Shown in pieces: positions 38,560-50,692 of a DNA stretch of 64,000 bases (the stretch's first letter is position 1; each line of letters opens with the position of its first letter). The notes beneath the pieces are model-generated. The model was not told the origin of the DNA. It worked only from the letters and a program-made list of their open reading frames with translations, and ran no database searches. The stretch is from NCBI RefSeq assembly GCF_006345805.1, contig NC_042997.1:155248001-155312000 (forward strand), in the 5' to 3' direction. The translations under genes and the position numbers were made by a program. Source of the stretch: Octopus sinensis. Its lineage: Eukaryota.

Positions 38560-39400
38560 TATCCCTGTGGCTAATGTTGATGGCCTACTCAGCTTGGACG
38601 AAATTCATGTCTCCATTGCCCTCAGAGTGGGAGCTGATGTATGCAAGAGTATGATGTGTTATTGTGGCAGGCTCCTCAACTCCAGAGGCCTCCATGATCT
38701 TTCTTGCTGCCTGAATGCTGGTCACTTTGTGTGTAATATGGATTTGAACCTGATACTCAAGAGGAGCTTGGCCCAGGCAAACATCCCCTCAATCTTTATT
38801 GCCCACAAGGGGCTAAACATAGAGGGGACAAACAAGGACAGACAAAGGGATTAAGTCGATTACATCGACCCCAGTGCGTAACTGGTACTTAATTTATCGA
38901 CCCTGAAAGAATGAAAGGCAAAGTCGACCTCGGCGGAATTTGAACTCAGAACGTAACGGCAGATGAAATACCGCTAAGCATTTTGCCCAGCGTGCTAATG
39001 TTTCTACCAGCTCGCCACCTTCATCCCCTCAATCTTGGAACCATCTGGATTGTCCAGATGTGATGGGAAAAGACCTAACGGCTTCACCCTGTGCCCCTGG
39101 TTGCGAGGCAGATGCCTTGTCTGGCATGTCACAGTTAGCGACTCCTTTGCTTCTTCTTACATCCTGGATGCTGCAGTCAGAACAAGATCCACAACTTCTA
39201 TGGCTGAGCAGAGCAAAATCCTGAAATACCAGTTACATTTTCCATCCTGTGGCATTCAAGACTTTTTGTGGAGTTGGACCGCTAACTGCAGAATTCTTGT
39301 CTTCACTGGCAACTCACCTAGCAGAGGTAACTGGTGAGGCTCTTGAGGGCGCTTGGCTGTTCTAGTGTATCAGCCTCGCTATCACCCATGGCAACACTGC
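38560..39400 (+). mobile_element. CRE-clade non-LTR retrotransposon 3' fragment (zinc knuckle + restriction-like endonuclease), split by a SINE
   Basis: IALRVGA..C....C.CG......GLH.LSC, then LEPSGLSRCDGKRPNGFTLCPWLRGRCLVW.VTVSD.FA.SY. Confidence 0.85.
38797..39021 (-). mobile_element. Young full-length SINE (family A)
   Basis: 15-bp TSD catcccctcaatctt (38782-38796 / 39022-39036); B-box-like GAGTTCAAATTCC; tail ccccttgtgggcaataaa. Confidence 0.9.
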
Positions 39401-39725
39401 AAGCATGCTTCAATAGCCATTAGAGTGGTTTCCCAGTGCCCTCAACTTTTCAACCTAAGGTGGTGAATTGTTTTGATTTTTTTCTCTTTTTTTCTTTTTA
39501 TTTTTTTAGTTGTGTTCTCTGTTTTGTCCAATTTTCAAATTTAATTTTGAAAAACTAGATTAATGAAATAAACAGTGTTACATCTTAATCTACACTATCT
39601 GATAGTGTTGATTATATATACCAGAATTTAATATGATAAAAAAAATTTTAAACTGGTGAGCACACACACATACATACTAACACTCATCACAATTTTTTTC
39701 AGAAATTTCAAGTTTCGTTTTATAG

Positions 39726-39794
<69 letters not shown>

Positions 39795-39804
39795 CGCGCG
39801 CGCG
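39726..39804. repeat. (TG)n microsatellite followed by (CG)n. Many other (TA)n, (CA)n, (AAT)n and (GA)n tracts throughout, e.g. 15170-15248, 15590-15632, 20040-20086, 30352-30392, 37035-37115
   Basis: Directly visible. Confidence 0.95.
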
Positions 39805-41600
39805 GTTACCAATTCTTTTTTAACATTAAATTCCAATATAATCGTAATTTACATCATCTGAAAGATATTTATAGAAATTCTATTAAGAAATATCCATTTT
39901 GTTTCTTTTTTCTTTTCCTGAAAGTTATAAGGAAACAAAGCCACCTTCGTGTGAATTTCCCAAAACCCCTCTTCTCGTCCTTAGGAAAAAATTTTCATTA
40001 CAAATTCTGATATTACGGGAACCTATCTATTACGGGAACCTATCTATCTATTGCATAAAAACTATTTACAAAGCGTAAGTTTGCGGCCATATCATGCTAA
40101 TTATTTAACATCGGGCCGGTCGTTCAGTCCCATGTCAGCCTTGATCCGGCAAACCTATGATCAAAGACGTTCCAACAGTGACCACTCAACCTTTTTGCTG
40201 GGGAAATGTATTTCTAGGAATACGTTCTCCTTTTTGTGCTTTTTTCAAAGAGGTAGGATGTGAAAATAGAAAGATTTTGTTGCTGTTTTTATTAGGTCGA
40301 ACGACCGCGCGATCGCTAGTGTATATCTAGTTTATAATGCAACTGGGATATATATATAGAAAATACTTAGATCTTTGTTCTTTAATCTTACGTCAACTGT
40401 AATCCAGCAGACCATCTCACCTTCTTTTTTTTTTTTTTTGAGAAAGTATATCTAGGACTTACGTAATCTAATGTATCCTTCATATTGTTTAAGATTATAA
40501 GGCGCGATTTGAGTAAAATTCGGCAGCTACATCTTTTAGCATTTAACAAGTCGAAAGACCACGTTAGCGGATTATCGTTTACGTCTCTCTCTCTCTCTCT
40601 CTCTCCCCACCCGCAACTTTGTTTATATTGATAACTAGACAAGCGAAGAATATAATGTTTCCCCATACGCAACTATCCTATGTACAGTATAAGATAATTT
40701 AGCACTTGTACAAAGTACATGCAACCTTTTTCGCGATTATATTTATTCAAGATTTGCGGTGATGTGGCTAAAATGGATAACGACTATGTTATATAACCTG
40801 AAGAAGCTAAGGATAAAACGAAAAAGTTAGCGTGTGTAAAACGATCTAAAGAAGAAAAAATTACTACTCACCAGAAGAACAACTTTGAAATAAAATTAGC
40901 TTTCATCATCGGATTAGGGTTATAATGCTGCTTTGCTTTCTCCATGCTGTCTCTCTATCGACTGTTTTACCGATAATGACGACAATAATTTTTTTTTCTC
41001 TGTTTTTCTTCGGAGGATTTGGGGGAAGTTAGAGTAAGTGAATGCTTTATCGTTTCTTTACTTTTTTAATTTATTTAATTAATTCATTTATTGCAGTTTG
41101 TTGAAGTAAGAGGACGATGATGATAGCAGTTTTCGCAGAATATTTCTGTTTCCATATGATTTACTTTGGAATTAAACTCAAGTGGTTTGTTTGCGGTTAG
41201 TCAGATGAATAACCGAGGACCTGATACAGCTGAGTGCAGGAATTCAATTGTCATTTCCTCTGTTGTAGTTGTTGTCATTAAGCAGTTAGTAACACAATAC
41301 AATAGATAAGCTAAATTTAGACAACAGTTTTTCGCGAAAGCTTGAACGATCTAGTTATTCCCTATGAATGTTTATTACCTTTAGGAAATTATTGATTCAG
41401 TGTAGCATGTGTCACCTTACAATCAAACACTGGTTGAAAGCAGTTATTAAAACACCTGCAAACCCTTCGCCTTCGGCAAAAGTACTGCACCTCCCACGAA
41501 AATTCATCTAGAGAGAGGACGCACACTTAAGACTTACTTATTCGTATAAAGCACCCGAGATGAGAATGGAATTATTATAAAAAAGAAATTTAATTTAGTT
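39790..41600 (-). promoter_or_regulatory. Probable ABCC4 promoter / first-exon region
   Basis: Repeat-poor stretch visibly richer in CpG than its surroundings (gcgcgcgcgg, cgaccgcgcgatcg, ttcgcgatt) around the ATG-containing exon. TSS not determinable. Confidence 0.5.
40872..40945 (-). CDS. ABCC4: ABCC4/MRP4-like ABC transporter, coding exon 1
   Basis: Minus strand reads agcATGg...: MEKAKQHYNPNPMMKANFISKLFF+TG, then donor GTGAGT at 40871. It matches the ABCC4 N-terminal motif (K/N)PNP...AN..S..FFW|WLNPL. 74 nt, with the Trp codon split TG|G. Confidence 0.93.
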
Positions 41601-42971
41601 ATAAGTTCAATAAAATATTTTGGATAAATGTTCAGGTATCCAATATCTGTTTAGATTTTAAATTAATCTGACAACTTGGCATGAATGCTTTCAAAAGCTT
41701 CTATGGATGCTTCGAAAGTTACTTACCAATTATGTAAGGACTACCCTTACATAAAAGACACCTACCCTTCTAAACTTTCGTTCTGTTTTATACGCAGGCT
41801 TTTTTTTTTTTTTTTCGTAAGAGTAATGAGTCATCAATAAAAGGAGTAGATAGACACTATTTTATTTCATATTTGTAAAAAAAAATCGTTTGGACACTTC
41901 AGATTAATTACTAGGCCCTGAAGGGATTAAAATCTGTTGTCTTTAGAGGCTCTACATTTTAATGTAAATATGATTGTTTAAAAAGTAATAAAATATATGG
42001 AAATAATTTGCTGTTTTATTATTAAATATTATAAGTATTAAAACTGCACCGTGAATTTTTTTGTTTGTTTCTTACTTTGTTTTTGTATAAAAGAATCTCC
42101 GATAAGACGTTACATTTTTGTAAGCATTCAATATATCGAATAATTGATATTTAAATTTGTGATTTTACTTGTCTAATTATTAGCGCCTTTCCATGCTATA
42201 TCTCGTAATCACGCTTGTCAAAGGCCGTCGTTACTTGTGCACCTGCCAAATAAAAAAATCTTTTTGTTGTTGACAAAAATTCGTAAAGTGTGTGTGTGTA
42301 CTGTGAGAAAGAACGTGTTTTGTGTCTGTTGTAAGTTTTCTTTGAAGAAATAAGGGCTCTGCCCAAAACTTCGGAATTCACCTCTCCTCGCGGTACACTA
42401 ACTTAATCTAATTTTACTAAGTTTTTTAACTGGTTTATTTTCCAATGGACACAGACTAGCATTGGTTTCCTGGAACTATTTTTTTAAAGTTTTTTATGTA
42501 TGTATGTACGTACCCACCTACATACACACACACACACACACACACATACATACATACATACAAACAAACTGCAGTTACTCTATCCAGATCACAAGTTCTG
42601 GTTTATACCTGTAATTATTGGGGCCCTGAGATATGTAAACACACTGCCTAAATACCAATCTTGAGAAATTAGGCTTCCCAAAACCAGAAAGGAGAAAGCT
42701 AATTTGAAAACTGCAGATCCAATCTATTACTGGAACTGTAAGAATCTGTAAAACTTTCCAGAAGTTTATCATTTAAATATATATGAGCATGTCTAGATAT
42801 ATAACTATATGCATGAGAATACATACATAAAAATATACAAATCTGTACATACATACATACAAAAATACCTTGTTGATTTTGAAATTCCAATGGAGGAACC
42901 TTGGATCTAGGTTAGAAACCAGTTCTTTCTCTATTGGCAAGAAATCTTGAAATAAACTGAATAATGACTGA

Positions 42972-43555
42972 TGGCCGTCTGCCAGCCTCGTCTGGCACCT
43001 GTGTCGGTGGCACATAAAAACACCATCCGAGCGTGGCCGTCTGCCAGCCTCGTCTGGCACCTGTGTCGGTGGCACATAAAAACACCATCTGAGCGTGGCC
43101 GTCTGCCAGCCTCGTCTGGCACCTGTGTCGGTGGCACATAAAAACACCATCCGAGGTGGCCGTCTGCCAGCCTCGTCTGGTACCTGTGTCGGTGGCACAT
43201 AAAAACACCATCCGAGCGTGGCCGTCTGCCAGCCTCGTCTGGCACCTGTGTCGGTGGCACATAAAAACACCATCCGAGCGTGGCCGTCTGCCAGCCTCGT
43301 CTGGCACCTGTGTCGGTGGCACATAAAAACACCATCCGAGCGTGGCCGTTCGCCAGCCTCGTCTGGCACCTGTGTCGGTGGCACATAAAATCACCCACTA
43401 CACTCTCTTAGTGGTTGGCGTTAGGAAGGGCATCCAGCTGTAGAAACACTGCCAGATCTGACTGGCCTGGTGCAGCCTTCGGGCTCCCCAGACCCCAGTT
43501 GAACCATCCAACCCATGCTAGCATGGAAAGCGGACGTTAAACGATGATGATGATA
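42972..43555 (+). mobile_element. Young 5'-truncated RTE-type 3' UTR copy with an expanded 62-bp tandem array (7 units, 42972-43389)
   Basis: Units start at 42972, 43034, 43096, 43157, 43219, 43281 and 43343 and are nearly identical. The array runs into the RTE terminal sequence ending cggacgttaaacgatgatgatgat. Shorter copies of this 3' end at ~18200-18450, 21520-21840, 30390-30665, 44150-44425, 54955-55390. Confidence 0.85.
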
Positions 43556-43794
43556 CATCTATCTGAGATTCTTATGTGGATAGATCCACACACTTGGGTG
43601 TATGCATCAATAGTTCAACCAACACCAACCTACCCACATGTTCACAAACACCAGGAACTCTCTTAACTCAAAAAGTCTTGTTACTTTGCTAGCAACCAGC
43701 TTGAACACTCTCATGAAGAACTTGGATAAAACTGAAAGTAAAATCATACATCTGAAGGCTACATCCATGCAATCCAAGAACAAACGATGCTTAA

Positions 43795-44005
43795 CTCTTT
43801 AGCATTTAAACCGGCCAGAAGTATTCTGCCTGTTTTATGTTCAAACTGGCCAGATCTGGTCTCTCACACTAACCCTACAATATCGTTTTAAAAATTAACA
43901 GCTACATCATCATAATCTCATAGCTAGAAGATAATACATGATTAGTTCAAAGCAATGTGGATAAAAAAGGATTAATTTTGGCAGAATAATGCGAACACTA
44001 AAGGG
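43795..44005. mobile_element. piggyBac-like MITE
   Basis: TTAA|ctctttag ... ctaaaggg|TTAA. Confidence 0.7.
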
Positions 44006-44439
44006 TTAACAATTATCTACAGTATAAATAACAGAAAATACTGACAGACAACAAATGTAGGCTGAAGACATCAACCACGTTATTGCCAACTATGAGAGAA
44101 TGTCTTCTCATGAAGCATAATGCGGTGGCCAGAACAGTCTGGAACAGGATAATCATCATCATCATCGTTTAACGTCCGTTTTCCATGCTAGTATGGGTTG
44201 GATGGTTCGACCGGGGTCTGGGAAGCCAGGAGGCCGCACCAGGCTCCAGTTTGATCTGGCAGTGTTTCTACAGCTGGATGCCCTTCCTAACGCCAACCAC
44301 ACCATGAGTGTAGGGGGTGCTTTTTATGTGCCACCAGCACAGGTGCCAGGGGAGGCTGGCAACGGCCACGATCGGTTGGTGCTTTTTACGTGCCACCGGC
44401 ATGGAAGCCAGTCAAGGCGGTGCTGAAAACAGAAAATTC

Positions 44440-44720
44440 TTATAAACAAAGTCAACCACTAGAATATTGGTGGAACTTAAAAATTAAAACAGCCATCAAG
44501 TTAAAGCACAACCAGTCAGATATCGTTGTGTGGGACCACAAGGAAAAGATGTTCTATTGTGGAAATCAGCTGCCCTCTGGACACAAATGTGGTTAGAATA
44601 GTGTAAGAGAAAAATAGACATCTATGGACCATTGATAAGGAGTTTGCAAATCCAGTACACTTTGAGCTTCATACCTACTATTGGAGCAACAATATGTATA
44701 CCAACCTGCCTGAACTTGGG
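44440..44720 (+). pseudogene. Restriction-like endonuclease fragment of an R4/NeSL-type non-LTR element
   Basis: EYWWNLKIKTAIKLKHNQSDIVVWD...IVEISCPLDTN...EKIDIYGPL. Confidence 0.75.
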
Positions 44721-44984
44721 ATCTTGGGGAGAAAATGCAAATCCTTAATTCATATGCTACAAATGATCACAATATCAGGGGCTATAAAAGACTGCAAGAC
44801 CTTAAGAGTTTAAGGAAGATGGTTAAAACAAGATACTTTCCTTCACAACCTTGTTATCAAGTAGGTGGTTGGTCAAAATTTACTCTAAATCAAAAAGAGC
44901 AAGAGAAGAATATATACACATGCACACACACACACATAGATACATGTACATATGTATGTCGGCTCTGTTAACAAAATGGCATGG

Positions 44985-45190
44985 CTATATGCTGGGATGT
45001 GCAGAAAAGAATAAAATTAAAGACACCCACACATTTTTTGTTGATGACCTAAAGTTATATTCTTGTAACATGATCACCATCAAGACAATTAGAAATAGTC
45101 CAACAGCCTCATGAGACATAAGAAAGGAGTTTGGGCAAGATAAATGCTCATTCATGATAATCAACCAGAGAGAGAACTTGTACATCGATG
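44985..45190 (+). pseudogene. Reverse transcriptase fragment of an R4/NeSL-type non-LTR element
   Basis: HGYMLG...THTFFVDDLKLYS...FGQDKC. Confidence 0.75.
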
Positions 45191-45245
45191 GCTTATTTAT
45201 CTACCCTGAGATATTTAGAAATGCAATATTTCTAATTATATATAT

Positions 45246-45670
45246 ATAGGCTGGATTAAGACCCATTGAGGCCCTAACCACTTAAAATACTTTGGTGCTC
45301 CCATAAAAGATTATGCTATTCAAAATACAAACAATAACAAACCATAGAATAAATTTTTATTTTTCAAAACAAAACGAAACAGCAAGAGGGAAAATAATGT
45401 CTATTTTTGGATATACTTCCACCTAATATTTGATAAGTTTCCTCCTACTTTTTTTAATTGCAAAGTCTTTGATCAGATCCTCAAAATTAATCTTAGGTAA
45501 CACATCTGCATTTATACTTAGTAGAGATAAAAGCATCCCAAATTTTTATTTTAGTCAGTTTAAAGTGATTTCTTTTGTGCTGTAAACCATTTACCATTTC
45601 TGTGGTGCCCCCTCCTTCCCTTGATGCCCTAAGCACATGCTTATTTTGCTTAATGGTTAATCCAGCGCTG
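45246..45670. mobile_element. hAT-like MITE in a TA tract
   Basis: TIR-like ends aggctggattaa / ttaatccagcgctg. Confidence 0.55.
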
Positions 45671-46158
45671 TGTATATATATATATAAAGAGCAAACCGTC
45701 TGTGTGTCCTTTATACAAATCCACAGTTTTTCACATAAAAGGCTCACATTTTCTATGCGCTTTCAAAACTGTTTGAGGGTGGTCGTGAAGATGTTTTCAT
45801 TTCTCCAGTCACCCCAGAAAGCCATTAAAAAAAATCGATAATCCAACCCCTTAATCCCATAAGTTATGGGCATATCCATTCAAAATCGCTAAAACATAGA
45901 AATTTGTATGCAGTGCATGCATACAGCTAGATACGCCAATAGACTGCCAGCTGTTTTTTTGATTGGACGGAGATAATTTTACCTTTGACAGTTGAATGCG
46001 TCTGCGTATTTTCTGACAGTCTGTATGACTGCACATTTTTGTGCTTTACGAAGATGCGTTATCATGTGTTTTGGCTTTCAAACGTACACGCTTTTTTGAT
46101 TTGAGAAATGCAGGGAATAATTAACAAGTTAGACCAAGTGAATGACAATAGAGTGCTA

Positions 46159-46199
<41 letters not shown>

Positions 46200-46366
46200 A
46201 TAAATAGGGATAATAGATCCAGGTAGGCACCATTCAAGCACTCTAGTATAATCCAAGATCTGACTAACCACATCAAATGATATGAAATAACCTGGGACTA
46301 TTTACAGCAAACAATCTCAATGTATTTCACCCAATGAGAAAACCCTGAGTTTACTTCATTGGATTA

Positions 46367-48667
46367 CACTGGTCAACAAAATTAGATGTATTATACACAT
46401 TATGTATGCAAACCAACTTTCTCAGGCTAATTTTTCATGCTGATTTCAAAATTTTACACCATTTGTATACAGCACATATCAGTTTTTCAGTAGATACATA
46501 CAAATATTTACATATTTGTATATATGAAATCATTAATGTAATGAATAAGGACATATTACTTTAAGAAAATAAATGAGTTTATTGAATTAAAAATCATCAT
46601 TATCATTCTTCAAAGAGTCAATACACAAAAAATGGGTCAGACAAAACAAAGAACAACAGAGTTAGGAACATTGTGATTTGGATTTCCTGCAGTATTCTTG
46701 ATCTGGAAGATCATGGTAATGTGTGCAACGGTAGTCATCCAGCATGCTGTAATTCCAGAAGTCTTGGTACCATTTCTCCTGGTGAAATCTTTCACCATGT
46801 TCATCAGACATTGCTCCAAAGTTATCTGTGAAGAAATCCAGATGGGAGTCTAAGAAGTGAACTTTCAGTGACATGCAACAACCCATTGCTGAGTAACACT
46901 TCAGATGATTCTTGATACCATCCTTGTAGTCCATTACCTTCTTGTTGCCCAAGAAATTATCACAAATCCAATTGAAAGCATTCTGTGCAGGCAGTTCCAG
47001 TTCATCCAGTGTTGTCTTGAAGTTGACATCTTTGAGTACTTCTCTAATTTGAGGTCCAACAACTTTCAACTTCACCTGTGTGATTTTGGGAAACTTTTCT
47101 ACAGTATACTCAAACCCTCTCTTCCCTAGTGTCTTTACAAACTGTTTCATCGGTCCAAGCTTTATGTGCAAAGGAGGCAATAGGACATTACATGGATCTA
47201 CAAGAAGTGTATTCTTGATGCTAGACAGTCCTGGTTGGTATGATGTTCTTGTCTGCCAGTTTGATTCTGAATTATGTCTGTTAGTTGCCTAACTATCCCA
47301 CAGACACAAGAAACAATAATATCTTGTGAAACCTGACTGCATTCCCATTAACATTGCAATGACTTTTAGATCTCCACATTTTCCATGAGTATCTTTCAGA
47401 GGCAATGGCATGAAGTAAAAGTTCCATATTCTCATATGATTCATGAAGATAAAAGGAGTGTGCAATAAGAATGGGAGGCTTCAAATTACCATTATGAAGA
47501 AGTACAGCTTTTAAACTTCATTTTGAAGAGTCAATAAACAAATGCTACTCTGCACTATCATGATTTTGTGATAAACATTTGAAAAGTTCATCGATCTTAC
47601 TGCAAAAGCAAAGTGGGCCTTCAACAGAAAAATATGTTAGTAGAATTACATTTCTTTGCTGAAAATAGGTTATACAAACACTGTGCTCTAGCAGATATTT
47701 CTCCTTCAGTCTTGATGCCAACAGTTTTGCTTTATCTTTTGAGAGGGATAGGACTCTGACAAGTTCATTCAGTTCAGCTTCGGAAAATTTCTGAGGTTCA
47801 AAGCTATCATCATCAGCTATGTAATCTTCCTCACCAGCACTATCATGACAGTCAGCATCATCATCTGATGTTTTAATATCATCATCTGGTGGAAATGGAA
47901 TTGGCAGGCTTTCATTGTGAGGCACAGGTCTTATTGCAAAATCCAAATTGGGATACACAATTTTCTGTTTATTCTTCATAGAAAATCCTGTGACATTTAC
48001 TTTGCGAAAATAACAGTCATTAAAATGGTCTTTCAGTTCCCTCCATATTATTGGAATGGCAACAGACATGAACTTATTATTATTATTATTATTATTATTA
48101 TTGAACCAGTCACATAAGCCATTTGAGCAAGCTGAGCAGATAAAATGTGGAGCCCGTAACTTGTCCTGATCTCCATGAGGACAGTCAAAGTATAGTTTAT
48201 AAATCTCCTTGATCTTGGATAACAGGACGATTTCTATACTGTCTTGACATTGTTAACATTGTAAAACAAATGAGGAAATATATACAGTTATACTTATATT
48301 GAATTTGAGATGATGAAATATTTCATCAGACCAATTATGACTGGACAATTTGAGATGTTGAAATACTTATTTCATCAGACAAAACTTGATTGGTTATTTT
48401 AGGATGATGAAATATTGTATCTGAACTATGTAGCAATGAATAATGTAGTTTAATTTGAAGGTATGGTTCCATGATGTAAATGAAATGCATTCATACACGT
48501 CATTAACTGGAATGTCTTTATAATGCATGAACTAAAACCAAAAAACTTTCTCATCTTGAAAACTGTACGTGATGTCAAAAAGCTAATTGTATATTTGAAA
48601 TCAGAATTAAAAACTACACTAAGAACACCTTGACATATGCTTAATGAAAAATACTTGTTGACCAGTG
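46367..48667 (-). mobile_element. Chapaev3-like (CMC/CACTA-related) DNA transposon, both termini present, transposase pseudogene
   Basis: Perfect 13-bp TIR CACTGGTCAACAA, TTA on both sides. Motifs YKLYFDC..GDQDK..APHFICSAC; WRE.KDH.NDCYF; PPLHIKLG.MKQFVK; FLGNKK; MSLKVHFLDSHLDFF; SDEHGERFHQ. Family name recalled from the motif pattern, not from a search. Confidence 0.85.
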
Positions 48668-48732
48668 TTATTAATAGTTTATTGAGTGTACATCCAAGAC
48701 AATTCAAATAAATGAGAAGAATCATACATCTA

Positions 48733-49212
48733 TCGTAATCTCTCAACTATCATGGGTGTTACGTTCAAAACCCCGCCCTGATAGTTGAAAATCTGCGAAG
48801 TAGAAACAGTATCGTATTTTTTTAAAGTAGTTTCATAATTTGTATATATTTATTTTATTATAAAGGCAAAACAACACAACACACTCACCTCCTGAGTTTC
48901 GCTTTCCATACAGTATGTACGATTCTTTGTTTACTAATCTACGGTACACTACATATTTTCTTTTAATATATTTTAATTAATGTTATACAGAGCAGTACTG
49001 TACTGTATCTTCATTTATTACTTTATTAATTTTTAGGCATGAAAATGCTTACCACAGAAATAATTAAAATCTAAAAAAATAGAAATACCTATCGGCTGCA
49101 GAAACCCACGATGTACTGAAGTCTGCAATATAAATTTACATACATTAGCCAGAAAAATCCACGATGTACCGAGGGCGCGATAGGTGAACCACAATATGGC
49201 AAGTGCTCACTG
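48733..49212. mobile_element. Tigger-like non-autonomous element (MITE)
   Basis: Ends resemble Tigger TIRs (gcgataggtgaaccacaatatggcaagtgctcactg|ta); AT-rich non-coding interior. Confidence 0.6.
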
Positions 49213-50692
49213 TACACAGCTTTTATTTTTACAATCATTTATACGGTACTAGCAGAAATACCCGGCGTTGCCCAGGTTAAAGAGAATAATGAAATTTTAT
49301 AATGCCGTCTAGATTACGCAAGTCTCAACTGCTAGTAGCTGAGATGCTAACTTTCTACATTAATAACTCTCCAACCTATGCCACCATGGAACATAGTCGT
49401 TAAGTGAAATGTTAAAAGAAAATTTTCAACTCATATATGTATATAAAGTAAATACACGTAATTCAAAAACACATTTTGTGTAGCTTATTTCGTAACTAAA
49501 AAGCAGGTACATATTATTAACAAATGAAAGGCCGATTTTGGCGATTCATTTGACAGAGGTAATAGAAAGCCAATCCAATGATAAATCTGAACTTTGGATC
49601 TTGAAAGTTTACCTGAATTCTGGTTCAGTTAAATTTCTGTGGCTCCAAATGATGTCATCTGTTGTGCAGCATTGTATTGTCTAATTTTGTTTTGGAAGTT
49701 CTTGGAATCTTGGTCAGTTGATGACAACAGTTTCTTCAATGGCTCTGGAGGCTGAGGGATTGCAGGGAGTTTAACCTTTCTACCACTGCAGCACAGTGCA
49801 TGTGTCTCTCTAGGCAACTTCCTTGCTTTGCAATGTATGCGCTCAATTGTCATTGCACTAAAGGAAACTCTAGTGTCATCTGCATAATGAACTGCTTGAT
49901 CATAATTGAAAGCTGCTTCTTTGAGCTGTTGCAACTGCTCTTTGTTCTGCAGTGGAGATCCTATTCCTTGTCAGCTGTGCATACCTCTGTTCATCACTTT
50001 GAGATGCTCTAGCTTTTGTAGTGCACAGTCAGTTCGTTTCTTGGCATGCGTTCCTTTCTGCTGCTGTATCTCTTTCCCTGGACTGAGAACTCTTTTGACT
50101 GATCTTAACATTGTAGACAAATTTGACACTTTCCTTATAGGAATGGTTATATACGTATACAGAAATACACAGGTGCACAAGATAGTAAACAATAAAAATA
50201 GATGGGTAACAGAAATCATATCTTTTATAATTATAAGTAAATAAGAAATTTTTATGGAAAATAAAAAATTGTATGGGTTGAAGCAAAATTTGTCAGTGAA
50301 CCAAAGAGGCAGTATCGAAGGAACAAGAAAGAGCTATTAACAACAAAAAACACAAAACCATTGCAAAAGTAAATAAGAATATTTTAGGGAAATTAACTAA
50401 GTGCACAGATTGAAGTGAAATTTATGAAGTTACTTCTGTCAGTAAATTATGTATGAAATTACTTCCATCAGTAATTGTGAACTTCCTTCTATCAGTAATT
50501 TGTCATTGTTGTTTGTAAATACCACTTGAAAACTTACAGTGAAAACAATAGCAATTGAACTTAAAGTGAAAACAATAGAGAGTGACTGAGATATATAGAG
50601 AGAGAGAGCTAGCAAGTTAGACAAATAAGGTAGACATAGATAGATCGACATAGAGACAGAGATGGATTGAGAGGTATAGATAGAGAGATAGA

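Larger units (their letters stand above)
10373..40871 (-). other. ABCC4: ABCC4 intron 1 (30,499 nt, GT-AG), filled with transposon debris
   Basis: Bounded by the exon 1 donor and exon 2 acceptor with compatible phase. No intervening ABCC-like coding exon was seen. Confidence 0.85.

Noticed and set aside
42972-43389. CRISPR-like array of regular repeats
   Set aside because: Units are contiguous with no unique spacers, there are no cas genes, the context is eukaryotic, and the array continues into an RTE 3' end.
42773-43398. Three long overlapping ORFs (155-203 aa)
   Set aside because: Artefacts of the stop-free 62-bp tandem unit.
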